64,000 nucleotides of DNA from an uncultured Gammaproteobacteria bacterium (GTDB lineage: Bacteria; Patescibacteriota; Patescibacteriia; UBA1558; 2-01-FULL-52-15). Under the pieces are notes generated by a model that saw nothing but the letters and a program-made list of their open reading frames with translations, was not told the DNA's origin and did no database searches. Shown in pieces: positions 1-8,270 of this stretch. The stretch spans positions 416,079 to 480,078 of the forward strand of contig CAYOCJ010000001.1 in the NCBI GenBank assembly GCA_964402565.1, written 5' to 3'. Position numbers and translations under genes: made by a program. Each line of letters opens with the position of its first letter. Position 1 is the stretch's first letter.

Positions 1-833
1 AGATCATCTTTAAAAAGTTGCAATTACCGTTAAAGAAACCGAACCTGAAACCATGGGCCCAGCTGGTACGCCGCGTGCATGCAAAGAAGAATTCGGTAAA
101 GATAGCTTTGGTCGGGAAATATACTGAAAACACTGATGCCTATATCAGCGTCATCGAAGCATTGAAATCAGCCTGTTATCACAGCAATGTCGATCTCGAG
201 CTTTTATGGGTTGCTGCTGTCGGCCTTGAAAAAAAGGATAAAACCGAATTTGCAAAATTAAAGAAGGCGCAAGGTATTGTAGTACCGGGTGGTTTCGGAG
301 GGCGCGGTATCGAGGGAAAGATCATTGCTGCTGAGTATGCCCGCGAGAATAAGATTCCGTATCTCGGATTGTGCCTGGGCATGCAGATCGCGACCATTGA
401 ATTTGCGCGTCATGCTGCAGGGCTTGCCGGGGCAAATTCGACTGAATTCGATGAGAAGACAAAATATCCGGTCATTCACATTTTGCCAGGCCAGGAATCA
501 ATAGAGGATAAGGGCGGCACGTTGCGTCTTGGATCGTACCCATGCATTTTAGACAGAAAATCGATCAGTTATAAAGCATATGGCAAACGCCGCATTGATG
601 AACGGCATCGGCACCGTTATGAGTTCAATATGGAGTACCGGGAGCTGCTCGAGAAAAAGGGGTATCTCATTGCAGGCATTTCACCTGACAAAAAACTTGT
701 CGAGATCATGGAGCTGAAAGGACATCCATTCTTCGTCGCATCACAATTCCACCCTGAATTCAAATCAAGGCCGCTCAGGCCGCATCCCTTGTTCTGGGAG
801 TTTGTAAAAACAATTACCAGGCTTGCAAAATAA
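1..833 (+). CDS. pyrG: CTP synthase, C-terminal glutamine amidotransferase half (5'-partial; gene starts upstream of window)
   Basis: Reading frame is open from the window edge. Linker KIALVGKY, the GATase class-I nucleophile motif GLCLGMQ and the HPEF region are present. The synthetase domain is missing, so the gene is truncated at the window edge. Confidence 0.85.
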   Translation, partial: IIFKKLQLPLKKPNLKPWAQLVRRVHAKKNSVKIALVGKYTENTDAYISVIEALKSACYHSNVDLELLWVAAVGLEKKDKTEFAKLKKAQGIVVPGGFGGRGIEGKIIAAEYARENKIPYLGLCLGMQIATIEFARHAAGLAGANSTEFDEKTKYPVIHILPGQESIEDKGGTLRLGSYPCILDRKSISYKAYGKRRIDERHRHRYEFNMEYRELLEKKGYLIAGISPDKKLVEIMELKGHPFFVASQFHPEFKSRPLRPHPLFWEFVKTITRLAK

Positions 834-852
834 ATGTGGGAATTAACCCATG

Positions 853-886
853 AAAAATACCACCAACTGAAGTTGATGGTATTTTT
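853..886 (+). terminator. intrinsic terminator after pyrG (A-tract/15-bp stem/T-tract, bidirectional-type)
   Basis: aaaaataccaccaac-tgaa-gttgatggtattttt is an inverted repeat with one mismatch. It ends in a T-run 20 nt after the pyrG stop. Confidence 0.55.
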
Positions 887-1026
887 CATGGCTGGCTTGG
901 AGGGACTATGTACGAACTGTTAGATGGGAGGACATGTTCCCTTATCCGAGCGTAGATTTGCAGCAGATGCAGGATTTACTGACGCTTGCTCGCTAATATC
1001 GTAGCATTTTCAAGCCCTTCTTGGGT

Positions 1027-1054
1027 AGGCGCTCAATGCGCCGATTTTTTATTT
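1027..1054 (+). terminator. GC hairpin + T-run (second terminator-like element in pyrG-distal noncoding region)
   Basis: ggcgc-tcaat-gcgcc followed by gattttttatttt. It sits ~190 bp downstream of the pyrG stop and no convincing CDS lies between. Confidence 0.4.
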
Positions 1055-1355
1055 TGGGTGGTGGGTGTATGGGAATCGCGCCCGCGACTTTTCGCGGGGA
1101 CACCCTCACCAAGTTGGTATATTCCTGGGCTAAACCTTTCTTAGCTATAGGTATAGGTAATACAAAAGGGTGTATACGGATTGTAAGTGAATAGCATGGG
1201 AGTAGTAACAAAATAACTGCATGCTATCCAATACTACATGTATGTATCTGTCTTTTCATGTCGATTGATAACAAAAAACATGAAGTAGCATGACAAGGGG
1301 GTATCACCCTGTCTCTCTTGCAGAGTTTCGGCAGAGGAAAGTCAGAGCTTGCAGA

Positions 1356-1808
1356 CTAACTCCGCTTGGCTTGTTCTTTCTTCAGTCGTCGCCAGTCGTA
1401 GAAATCTATCTTCTTATTCTCTTCAACAAGAAAGACGTAGAGGTTTAGCTTATCTGCAACATTATAAGGCAACCGTCTTACTATCAAATCACGGAAGTTA
1501 GCTGGGAATCCGACACCGTATTTATAGCCGTATTTGTAGCCACGCTTTCCATCACTCTTCATCCGAGTGATTATTTGTCCAAGTGCCAGGTTGAAGTTTA
1601 CTTCACGATGCGAACGTGGATATTTCGCAGTTTTTGAAGCGTCACCCTTACACTCAATAAGCCAGTAGCGAGCGAACTTGTTGTTCCGCACTTTGATGTC
1701 CACGCCGTGCTCAGTCAGACCTTTACTTCGAAGGTTTCGGCTCCATCCTTTTCTGAATAGATACTCAATGATGTTGTCTTGAACAAACTTTTCTGTGAGT
1801 AATTTCAT
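1356..1808 (-). CDS. standalone PD-(D/E)xK nuclease-domain protein resembling the HsdR N-terminal (Mrr-cat-like) domain
   Basis: 150 aa. GVDIKV ... LIECKGD matches the D...ExK catalytic core. The N-terminal xxL(F)RKGW motif parallels LLQKSGW at the N-terminus of the adjacent HsdR. There is a 5-nt gap to the upstream hsdMS stop, so it is probably co-transcribed. Confidence 0.6.
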   Translation of the reverse strand: MKLLTEKFVQDNIIEYLFRKGWSRNLRSKGLTEHGVDIKVRNNKFARYWLIECKGDASKTAKYPRSHREVNFNLALGQIITRMKSDGKRGYKYGYKYGVGFPANFRDLIVRRLPYNVADKLNLYVFLVEENKKIDFYDWRRLKKEQAKRS

Positions 1809-1813
1809 GGTAA

Positions 1814-4231
1814 TTATTCACCCCAAATATCTACTATCTTCTTCTTTATCTTGTCTTCGTAAATATCAATCATTTTTCTTGCAGATAATGCGTGTGCTTG
1901 TTCATCTTTTACTTGGGCAACGATTCTTTTTTGAACCTCCAGGCTTGGTAGAGGGATAGAGAGGTGCTTTAGTGCGTTTCCATTGAATTGAGGTTGTACT
2001 CCGCCAGTCACTAATACTTTTGCCTGATTCCAATAATCACTCGTTTGAGCAAATGCCCAATAATACTCTGGAAGAATCTTGGTCGTGTCGAGAATAAGAC
2101 GAATAAGGAATGAAGCAAACACTGCGGGATATTCTTCGCTAAAAATCATTGTCTTACCGTATGTTGCTCCCGTGCGAGCAACCAAGACGTCACCTGCATG
2201 TAATTGATATGGTTGTGATGCTTTAGTGATATTCACATATTTTTCGCCGTCTGCCCTCAAGTGTCCGTCGTTGCTGATGTCAGTAATTCGGATGTATCGA
2301 GCATCTCCTTTAGATTTTGCTGTTTCAGTGTATCCATATTCCATTTTGGCAATCTCGCCCAACTTCTTCCTTTCCCATGACGCATCAAATCCTATAGATG
2401 GCTTGTGATGTTCAATAACTTGATTAGCTCCGTCAATAACTTTCTGATAACTATCGAACTCTGCAATAATTTGCCTCTGCACATCAATTGGAGGTACGGG
2501 AATCCTAATTTTCGCCAAATCTTTTGGGTAAACATGAGGTTGTCCACCGCCTTGTTGGAAACTGTACAGATATTCCTGTTTTGCTTTTAGTAGGTAATAA
2601 GCAAAACGAGTCAATAAAATTGCTTCGTTTTTTGACTGAATCGTTGTGCAATCAGAAGCAAAGATTGGCTCAGAGAAGTAATTTACGAATCCTGCATATG
2701 CACCAGACGCACTTACTGTTATCACATTTCCAGCTCGATTCGAGACATCGTGGTAATAAGCAGGTTGCTGTCCACCAGCAATCACAGGAACGTTACCGCT
2801 CGCGGTCTGCTTTTTTGTAATCGCACTACCTTTTCTAACTTCACACAAATCATTTATCGCTACGTCGTCCCACTGTCTATTCACAATTTTTAGTGGGAGG
2901 TACTTTTCTCCAGTGAGATTAGATTCGTCATTATCTGCAATTTTCTTTTTGCTTATCGTCCAAGCAAATAAGTTATCCTTTTTTATGGAGATTCTTTTTT
3001 TGTTCAATATCGATTCCTTGTGGGCTTTCAGTATCTCAAGTGCGTGTGGTAAGTCGTTTTTGTCTATAGGTTTTCTTTGTGCGCCCAAATCAAAACCATC
3101 GTTGAGAACTTTCAAGAAAAGTATCTCCTTCGATTGTTTTGATAACTGATTGTCGAAGAACAGTATGCTGGTTTTGACTCCCGCATATGGATTGAATACG
3201 CCGCCTGGCAAAGATACAACAGCGTAAAGTCCATCTGCGACAAGCAACTTGCGCAATTGTTTATATGCACCAGCAGACTGGAAAATAACTCCTTCAGGAA
3301 CGATAATGCCCGCACGTCCTTTGTTGTTGAGATGTTCCATTATGTAATCAACAAACAAAACTTCGGCGCGGTTCGCTTGCACCATAAAACGTTTGTGAGG
3401 TCGAATGCCACCTTTCGGACTCATAAACGGAGGATTTGCCATCATTACATCAAAACGTTCATTCCAGCGTTCGTCACTCGTGAGAGTATCGTATTCGTGA
3501 ATACTGGGACTTGGTGAGCCATGCAAGTACATGTTTACGAGAGAAAGTTTGACCATATCTGGTGAAATATCGTACCCAGTAAGATTACTCATCAAGCGTT
3601 TCTTTTCGTCTGGCGTGAGCCGTTTCTTCTCGTTTGCTTTCAGAATATGTTTGTAGGCAGAAATAAGAAACCCTGCCGTGCCGCAAGCTGGGTCAAGGAT
3701 AGTTTCATCTTTTTTGGGGTCTATTACTTCAACAATAAAATCGATAATGTGGCGCGGTGTGCGAAATTGCCCTGCTTCACCTTGAGACCCCAAAATTGAA
3801 AGTAAGTATTCAAAAGCATCGCCCAAGTTTTCGCTGTGGTCGTATGAAAATCCGTTTATCTCCTTCAAGAAAAGGTTGAGTGTTTGCGGGTCACGGTATG
3901 GTAAGTAGGCATCCTTGAAGACATCACGGAAGAGTTGCGGCAGATGGGGGTTGGTGGACATCTTTCTAATTGCTTCCTCATAAAGATTCAAGCGTTCTTG
4001 TCCGCCAAGTTTCGCATCCATCAATTTACTCCAACTGTATTTACCAAATCCATTCGTGAAGAATTGTGTCTTGCCTTTTGGTAGAGAAGCGGATTGCAAA
4101 TCCATATCATCCATAAACTTATAGATGAGTGCAGTTGTAATCTGTTCAACTTGCGCTTTTGGGTCAGGAACTTTACCCACGAGAATATCCCGCGCTGTAT
4201 CAATTTTTCGTTTTGTTTCTTGTGTCAACAT
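1814..4231 (-). CDS. hsdM: Type I-like restriction-modification methyltransferase fused to specificity subunit (HsdM::HsdS single polypeptide, 805 aa)
   Basis: HsdM N-domain, SAM motif DPACGTAGFL and N6-adenine motif IV NPPF. The C-terminal ~400 aa carries two target-recognition domains separated by HsdS-type conserved central and C-terminal repeats (GGQPHVYPKDLAKIRIPVPP ... GGVQPQFNGNALKHLSIPLP). It is a continuous ORF. Confidence 0.85.
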   Translation of the reverse strand: MLTQETKRKIDTARDILVGKVPDPKAQVEQITTALIYKFMDDMDLQSASLPKGKTQFFTNGFGKYSWSKLMDAKLGGQERLNLYEEAIRKMSTNPHLPQLFRDVFKDAYLPYRDPQTLNLFLKEINGFSYDHSENLGDAFEYLLSILGSQGEAGQFRTPRHIIDFIVEVIDPKKDETILDPACGTAGFLISAYKHILKANEKKRLTPDEKKRLMSNLTGYDISPDMVKLSLVNMYLHGSPSPSIHEYDTLTSDERWNERFDVMMANPPFMSPKGGIRPHKRFMVQANRAEVLFVDYIMEHLNNKGRAGIIVPEGVIFQSAGAYKQLRKLLVADGLYAVVSLPGGVFNPYAGVKTSILFFDNQLSKQSKEILFLKVLNDGFDLGAQRKPIDKNDLPHALEILKAHKESILNKKRISIKKDNLFAWTISKKKIADNDESNLTGEKYLPLKIVNRQWDDVAINDLCEVRKGSAITKKQTASGNVPVIAGGQQPAYYHDVSNRAGNVITVSASGAYAGFVNYFSEPIFASDCTTIQSKNEAILLTRFAYYLLKAKQEYLYSFQQGGGQPHVYPKDLAKIRIPVPPIDVQRQIIAEFDSYQKVIDGANQVIEHHKPSIGFDASWERKKLGEIAKMEYGYTETAKSKGDARYIRITDISNDGHLRADGEKYVNITKASQPYQLHAGDVLVARTGATYGKTMIFSEEYPAVFASFLIRLILDTTKILPEYYWAFAQTSDYWNQAKVLVTGGVQPQFNGNALKHLSIPLPSLEVQKRIVAQVKDEQAHALSARKMIDIYEDKIKKKIVDIWGE

Positions 4232-4233
4232 AA

Positions 4234-6750
4234 TTACATGTATGCGTTTAGAGAAACGTAGTCCTTCACGTATTCTGGTATGCGCTCAATCCAGCCATTT
4301 AGTTCCTGGAGGTCAGCAAATGTGAGTTTTGGATTGGTTGCAAGTCGGGTGTATTCTCCCTTTTCGATAATGTCTCTGATTTCGTTGTCAGTAATATACG
4401 CCTTCAAGTAGTTCTTGATTGGCATAACATATTTATTTTCGGGTTTATTGATGGCAACGAATTGCTCAAACTCATTTTCAAGCAAGTCGTCCTTTGATTT
4501 GAAGTTAGTGATGCCGCCGAATGCCTTTTCAATAAACTCGCGGATGCCGATACGACGGTCTGCTTTCACTGATTTACGCAACTTCTCCAGGCTGAAATAA
4601 TCTTCGGGCTTATTGAAGATATTGTCTTTCACGTAGTTCTCGATGGTTGCCAAGTCTCCCTCTTCGTATTTTTGCTTGATGAACGAATCTTCTTTGACTA
4701 CCGCTTCAAACCTTTCGAAAAGTTTTCGGTCTATTTTCATCCCTTCAACACCCACTGCTGTTTCAGAAAACGTCTTGAGAGGGTCAGGTTGAGTGATAAT
4801 GATTTCATCAATGTTCACACCTTCGCCACCCTCTTCACCTCCAGTACCTATCTTTGGTGGAAGTCGCAAAACTTCATCATAGTCATACTTCTCTTCAAAG
4901 TATTCACAGTTAGCAAAGAAATCAAAAAGCTTGAACTTATCTTTTGGCACAGAAGCGGTCTCAAGCTCTCCATCATCTTTTTGTTGATGATTGAAGGTGT
5001 ATTTACGCGTACCTCGTCCTTTTATTTGAATAAAATCAGTTGGCGAGAATATAGGGCGCATTAGGCACACGTTCAAAATATCCTCACAATCATATCCAGT
5101 AGTCATCATCCCCACAGTTACACAAACACGAGTTTTGCTTGAAAGATAACCTTCAAGAAACTTAGAGTGTCCGTTGAGGTTATTGTTTGCAAAACTGATA
5201 GTGAAGGATTGTGCATCTGAAATGTTTGAGCTGACTTGCACGGCAAAATCCGAGTTATATTTCCCAGGATAAAGTTGTTCGGCAAACTGGTTGAGTATCT
5301 GAGTAACTTTTGAAGCGTGTTTTTGGCTTACACAGAACACAATGGTTTTCCCAATTTCTCCAGTAATGGGGTCTTTGATTGCATTCTCAACAAAAGTTTT
5401 GCAGAAAATCTGATTAGTCTTATCAGAAAAAAACTTTCTCTCAAAATCTGTATGGAAGAAGGATTGCTCTTCTTCTTTTCCTTCCTCGTCTTCAACCATC
5501 ATCGCGTAACCCTTTTCTGAAAGAAGCTCTGTGGTTATTTCTGTGCGAGCATCAGCAACCACTGGATTTACCAGATAGCCATCTTTGACTCCATCAAGCA
5601 ACGTGTAGCGAAAAGTTGGCTCGCCAGTTTCGCAACCAAAAGTTTTATATGTATCAAAAAGCTGGCGACGTTCCCACGCACGAGGGTCTTTGGAGTTCAA
5701 TTTTTCTGGGTCTATACCTTTCAGATAGTTTTTTGGTGTTGCTGTAAGACCAAGCTTATAGCCCACAAAGTATTCGAACACCGCACGACTGTTGCCACCA
5801 ATAGAACGATGGGCTTCGTCGGAAATAAGAAGGTCAAAATCCGTTGGAGAAAAAAGTTTCTGATACTTATTATTGAAAGAAAGACTTTGAACAGTAGAGA
5901 CGACAATTTCCGCCTTGCGCCAGTCATCCTTATTCTCTTTATAGACGACAGCAGTGTAATCCTTCGAGAGCCATTTCTTGAAGTTCTTTGCTGCCTGGTC
6001 TTCCAGTTCAAGACGGTCAACGAGGAATAAGATGCGCTTGGCATTCCCTGACTTCAAGAACAATTTGATGACTGCTGCCGAAACCAGCGTTTTGCCCGTC
6101 CCTGTTGCCATTTCAAATAGGAAACGGTCATTGCCACCTCCTGCGGCTTCCTGAAGGGCTTTTATGGCACGTAGCTGGTATGGGCGAAGTAGTTTTAGTC
6201 CTTCCGCATCAATAAAACTTTGCTTTTGAGAGTCATCTGACCATCGAGGGTCGTTTTGATAATCCGCTTTCTGCGTAAGTGCAATGTAGTCACTTTCAAC
6301 TTGCTCTTCTGCTAATCGTTTTGAATCAGGTTTGAATGCTTCAAAATGCTGGAGTGAGTCTGGTGTTGGAAATTGAATAATAACAGTAGGATTGCCGCGC
6401 TCTAAATCCCAGAAGTAATGCAAATTGCCGTTTGAAAGAATAACAAAGCGTACATTGAGTGATTGCGCATAGCGCCGCGCCTGTTCTTTTCCATCAAGAG
6501 GGTCTTTGTCTTCAGACTTTGCCTCAAGCACCACATACGGAAAGCCCTTATCGTCGGAAAGAAGAAAATCTATAAATCCGTTCTTGGTTTTTTCGAAGTT
6601 ATTACCAAGTTCATCAATTCCTGGTTTAGTCAGTTTTACGTTTGGCTCAAGAGTGATGTTTGCCTTACCATTTTCGTCGTCGAAAAACCTCCAGCCTGAC
6701 TTCTGGAGAAGGTCATTTATTTTTATTCGTGCTTTAGCTTCTTTTTGCAT
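4234..6750 (-). CDS. hsdR: Type I restriction enzyme R subunit-like protein (N-terminal PD-(D/E)xK nuclease + SF2 helicase), short 838-aa form
   Basis: N-terminal nuclease motif IDFLL..VVLEAKS. Helicase motif I MATGTGKT, motif II LISDEAHR and motif VI QIKGRGTRK. The C-terminal helical region and the 3-nt gap to hsdMS suggest co-transcription. Confidence 0.85.
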   Translation of the reverse strand: MQKEAKARIKINDLLQKSGWRFFDDENGKANITLEPNVKLTKPGIDELGNNFEKTKNGFIDFLLSDDKGFPYVVLEAKSEDKDPLDGKEQARRYAQSLNVRFVILSNGNLHYFWDLERGNPTVIIQFPTPDSLQHFEAFKPDSKRLAEEQVESDYIALTQKADYQNDPRWSDDSQKQSFIDAEGLKLLRPYQLRAIKALQEAAGGGNDRFLFEMATGTGKTLVSAAVIKLFLKSGNAKRILFLVDRLELEDQAAKNFKKWLSKDYTAVVYKENKDDWRKAEIVVSTVQSLSFNNKYQKLFSPTDFDLLISDEAHRSIGGNSRAVFEYFVGYKLGLTATPKNYLKGIDPEKLNSKDPRAWERRQLFDTYKTFGCETGEPTFRYTLLDGVKDGYLVNPVVADARTEITTELLSEKGYAMMVEDEEGKEEEQSFFHTDFERKFFSDKTNQIFCKTFVENAIKDPITGEIGKTIVFCVSQKHASKVTQILNQFAEQLYPGKYNSDFAVQVSSNISDAQSFTISFANNNLNGHSKFLEGYLSSKTRVCVTVGMMTTGYDCEDILNVCLMRPIFSPTDFIQIKGRGTRKYTFNHQQKDDGELETASVPKDKFKLFDFFANCEYFEEKYDYDEVLRLPPKIGTGGEEGGEGVNIDEIIITQPDPLKTFSETAVGVEGMKIDRKLFERFEAVVKEDSFIKQKYEEGDLATIENYVKDNIFNKPEDYFSLEKLRKSVKADRRIGIREFIEKAFGGITNFKSKDDLLENEFEQFVAINKPENKYVMPIKNYLKAYITDNEIRDIIEKGEYTRLATNPKLTFADLQELNGWIERIPEYVKDYVSLNAYM

Positions 6751-6779
6751 TGTTCATTTTCATCTTCATTGTGGTGAGC

Positions 6780-6965
6780 CTACTTTCTCTTCTTCTTCCG
6801 AAAGCTGGACTCAATAAAGCCGTCGAGGTCTTCTTTACGAAAACGCCAACGACCTATCCACGCTGCTTTTATTTTTTCTTCGTGAAGATAACGGAACAAA
6901 GTCCGCTCTCCAACGTCGAGATATTTAGCAGCTTCCTGCAAAGTCAGAAACTCTTTTCTTTTCAT
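6780..6965 (-). CDS. small helix-turn-helix DNA-binding protein, excisionase/AlpA (HTH_17)-like; candidate controller or recombination directionality factor
   Basis: 61 aa. LTLQEAAKYLDVGERTLFRYLHEEKI is a typical Xis/AlpA-family HTH. It is the first gene of the minus-strand operon and ends 29 nt upstream of the hsdR start. Confidence 0.55.
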   Translation of the reverse strand: MKRKEFLTLQEAAKYLDVGERTLFRYLHEEKIKAAWIGRWRFRKEDLDGFIESSFRKKKRK

Positions 6966-7042
6966 ACTTTGTAATACTTATAGTGTAGCCGTTTTTTGAC
7001 ATCATGGCAAGAAATGGCAAGTTCTGATAAAATGATTTTACG

Positions 7043-7756
7043 ATGTATATGGGAATGACTTTAGAAGAAAAAGATGCTTTGCTCGCCAGTGTTATTGAAG
7101 AACACTATGCGACTCAAAAACATAATCCTACCTGTGTGCCTGTTGTCCATCTTCGAGACAAAGGTTTTGATGTTTCTGATACTCGCAATGGTTTGTGGCG
7201 TCTAAAAGAAAAAGGTGTGGTAAAAAGTTATCAACACGGCTGGGGTTTTCTTGAGCTTCAGAACAGTAAAAAGGTTTTTGTAAGGACAAGAACTGAAGAG
7301 CCTGATGACGGTAGCGACGATTTTGAGGCATACAGCGTTGAAATTGATACTAAAAAGCTTGAGCACACTGCATCCCAAAAACCAAACAGAGCGGCAAAAA
7401 AAGAAGTAGTTGATTTTGATACTCTAAATGCCGCTATTCACTTCGGAAAGAAGCATTACACATTCCAAAAAGGACGTGATAATCAAGTACGCTTGAAATT
7501 GTTTAGAGACCTCTGGGAGAGAAGAGAGGTCATCTATAATAATAAAGTAACGAGAAAAGGAGAACCCTTCCCTCCAGGTGCAATAGCCACACGAATTGGC
7601 TTGGTTGATAGTGCGCAAGGTTTTGAAAGAAACAAGGAAGCAAAGAGCAAGTTGGACACACTAATAAAAAACCTGGAGACAAACCTTCAAAGAGGAGGTA
7701 TTCCAATACGCATATACAAAAGAGGTGGAATCAAACTAATAGCAGGCGCGAAATAA
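7043..7756 (+). CDS. hypothetical protein (island cargo)
   Basis: 237-aa ORF with a good coding look and no recognisable motifs. It is followed by a terminator. Confidence 0.5.
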   Translation: MYMGMTLEEKDALLASVIEEHYATQKHNPTCVPVVHLRDKGFDVSDTRNGLWRLKEKGVVKSYQHGWGFLELQNSKKVFVRTRTEEPDDGSDDFEAYSVEIDTKKLEHTASQKPNRAAKKEVVDFDTLNAAIHFGKKHYTFQKGRDNQVRLKLFRDLWERREVIYNNKVTRKGEPFPPGAIATRIGLVDSAQGFERNKEAKSKLDTLIKNLETNLQRGGIPIRIYKRGGIKLIAGAK

Positions 7757-7768
7757 GCTTCAAATAGA

Positions 7769-7800
7769 GCACCCCCGAATAGACGGGAGTGTTTTGTTTT
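7769..7800 (+). terminator. intrinsic terminator after ORF 7043-7756
   Basis: gcaccccc-gaataga-cgggagtg stem with one mismatch, followed by ttttgtttt. A second hairpin gggtgca-ttattt-tgcaccc lies at 7814-7833. Confidence 0.5.
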
Positions 7801-7868
7801 GTGGAAAAAATAAGGGTGCATTATTTTGCACCCCTCTTCCAAATAAGACACTCAGTCAGAATGTGTGC

Positions 7869-8111
7869 ATGGAAGATAGAAATGTAGAAGTAAGCGATTT
7901 GGGTCTGGCGTCGCTCTTGGCGACACTCCAGTTTGAGTTGGTCGGTCTGGAGCGCGTGAATACGAAGCGCATAAACTTCGTCTTCAAATACGCTGACGGA
8001 ATCCAAAGAGTTATAGATGATTTTTGGGCTGATGCCAAAGTAACTGTGCAAGCACAGAGTCTTTTTCATACACAAAAAACACTCAAGAATCGTCTTTACG
8101 CCCTCAAGTAG
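7869..8111 (+). CDS. small hypothetical protein (island cargo; first of three tightly coupled small ORFs)
   Basis: The ORF track gives 7794-8111, but the 5' part overlaps the terminator hairpins. The internal Met at 7869 (MEDRNVEV...) is the preferred start. The stop abuts the next ATG. Confidence 0.4.
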   Translation: MEDRNVEVSDLGLASLLATLQFELVGLERVNTKRINFVFKYADGIQRVIDDFWADAKVTVQAQSLFHTQKTLKNRLYALK

Positions 8112-8270
8112 ATGGAACTCACAGATGTACAACTCAAGCTACTTCGAGAGCCGTTTGAGGAAGCAGGGGCACTCAAAGGACTTACCTATGAAGAAATAAA
8201 AAAACTTCTTGAAGAGATTGCAGAAGTGTACATCGTATTGGCTAACGAAAATCTGCTTGCAAAGAAATGA
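8112..8270 (+). CDS. 52-aa helical hypothetical protein (island cargo)
   Basis: The ATG follows the previous stop directly. The stop overlaps the next gene's ATG (ATGA), so it is translationally coupled on both sides. It is below the ORF-track size cutoff. Confidence 0.35.
   Translation: MELTDVQLKLLREPFEEAGALKGLTYEEIKKLLEEIAEVYIVLANENLLAKK

Noticed and set aside
1060-1095. gggaatcgcgcccgcga as a possible second copy of the tRNA 3' end (ggattcgaacccc).
   Set aside because: Position-by-position identity is about 55%, no better than chance. The 888-918 match is more convincing.
2226-6044. Numerous 60-130-aa ORFs on the opposite strand or in alternate frames inside hsdMS and hsdR (e.g. 2226-2408, 2524-2820, 4672-5064, 5721-6044).
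   Set aside because: They are fully embedded in long, motif-rich CDSs and are low-complexity, so they are treated as shadow ORFs.
6750-6974. 74-aa + strand ORF overlapping the HTH gene.
   Set aside because: It is antisense to a well-supported HTH CDS and has a low-complexity sequence (FIFIFIVV...).
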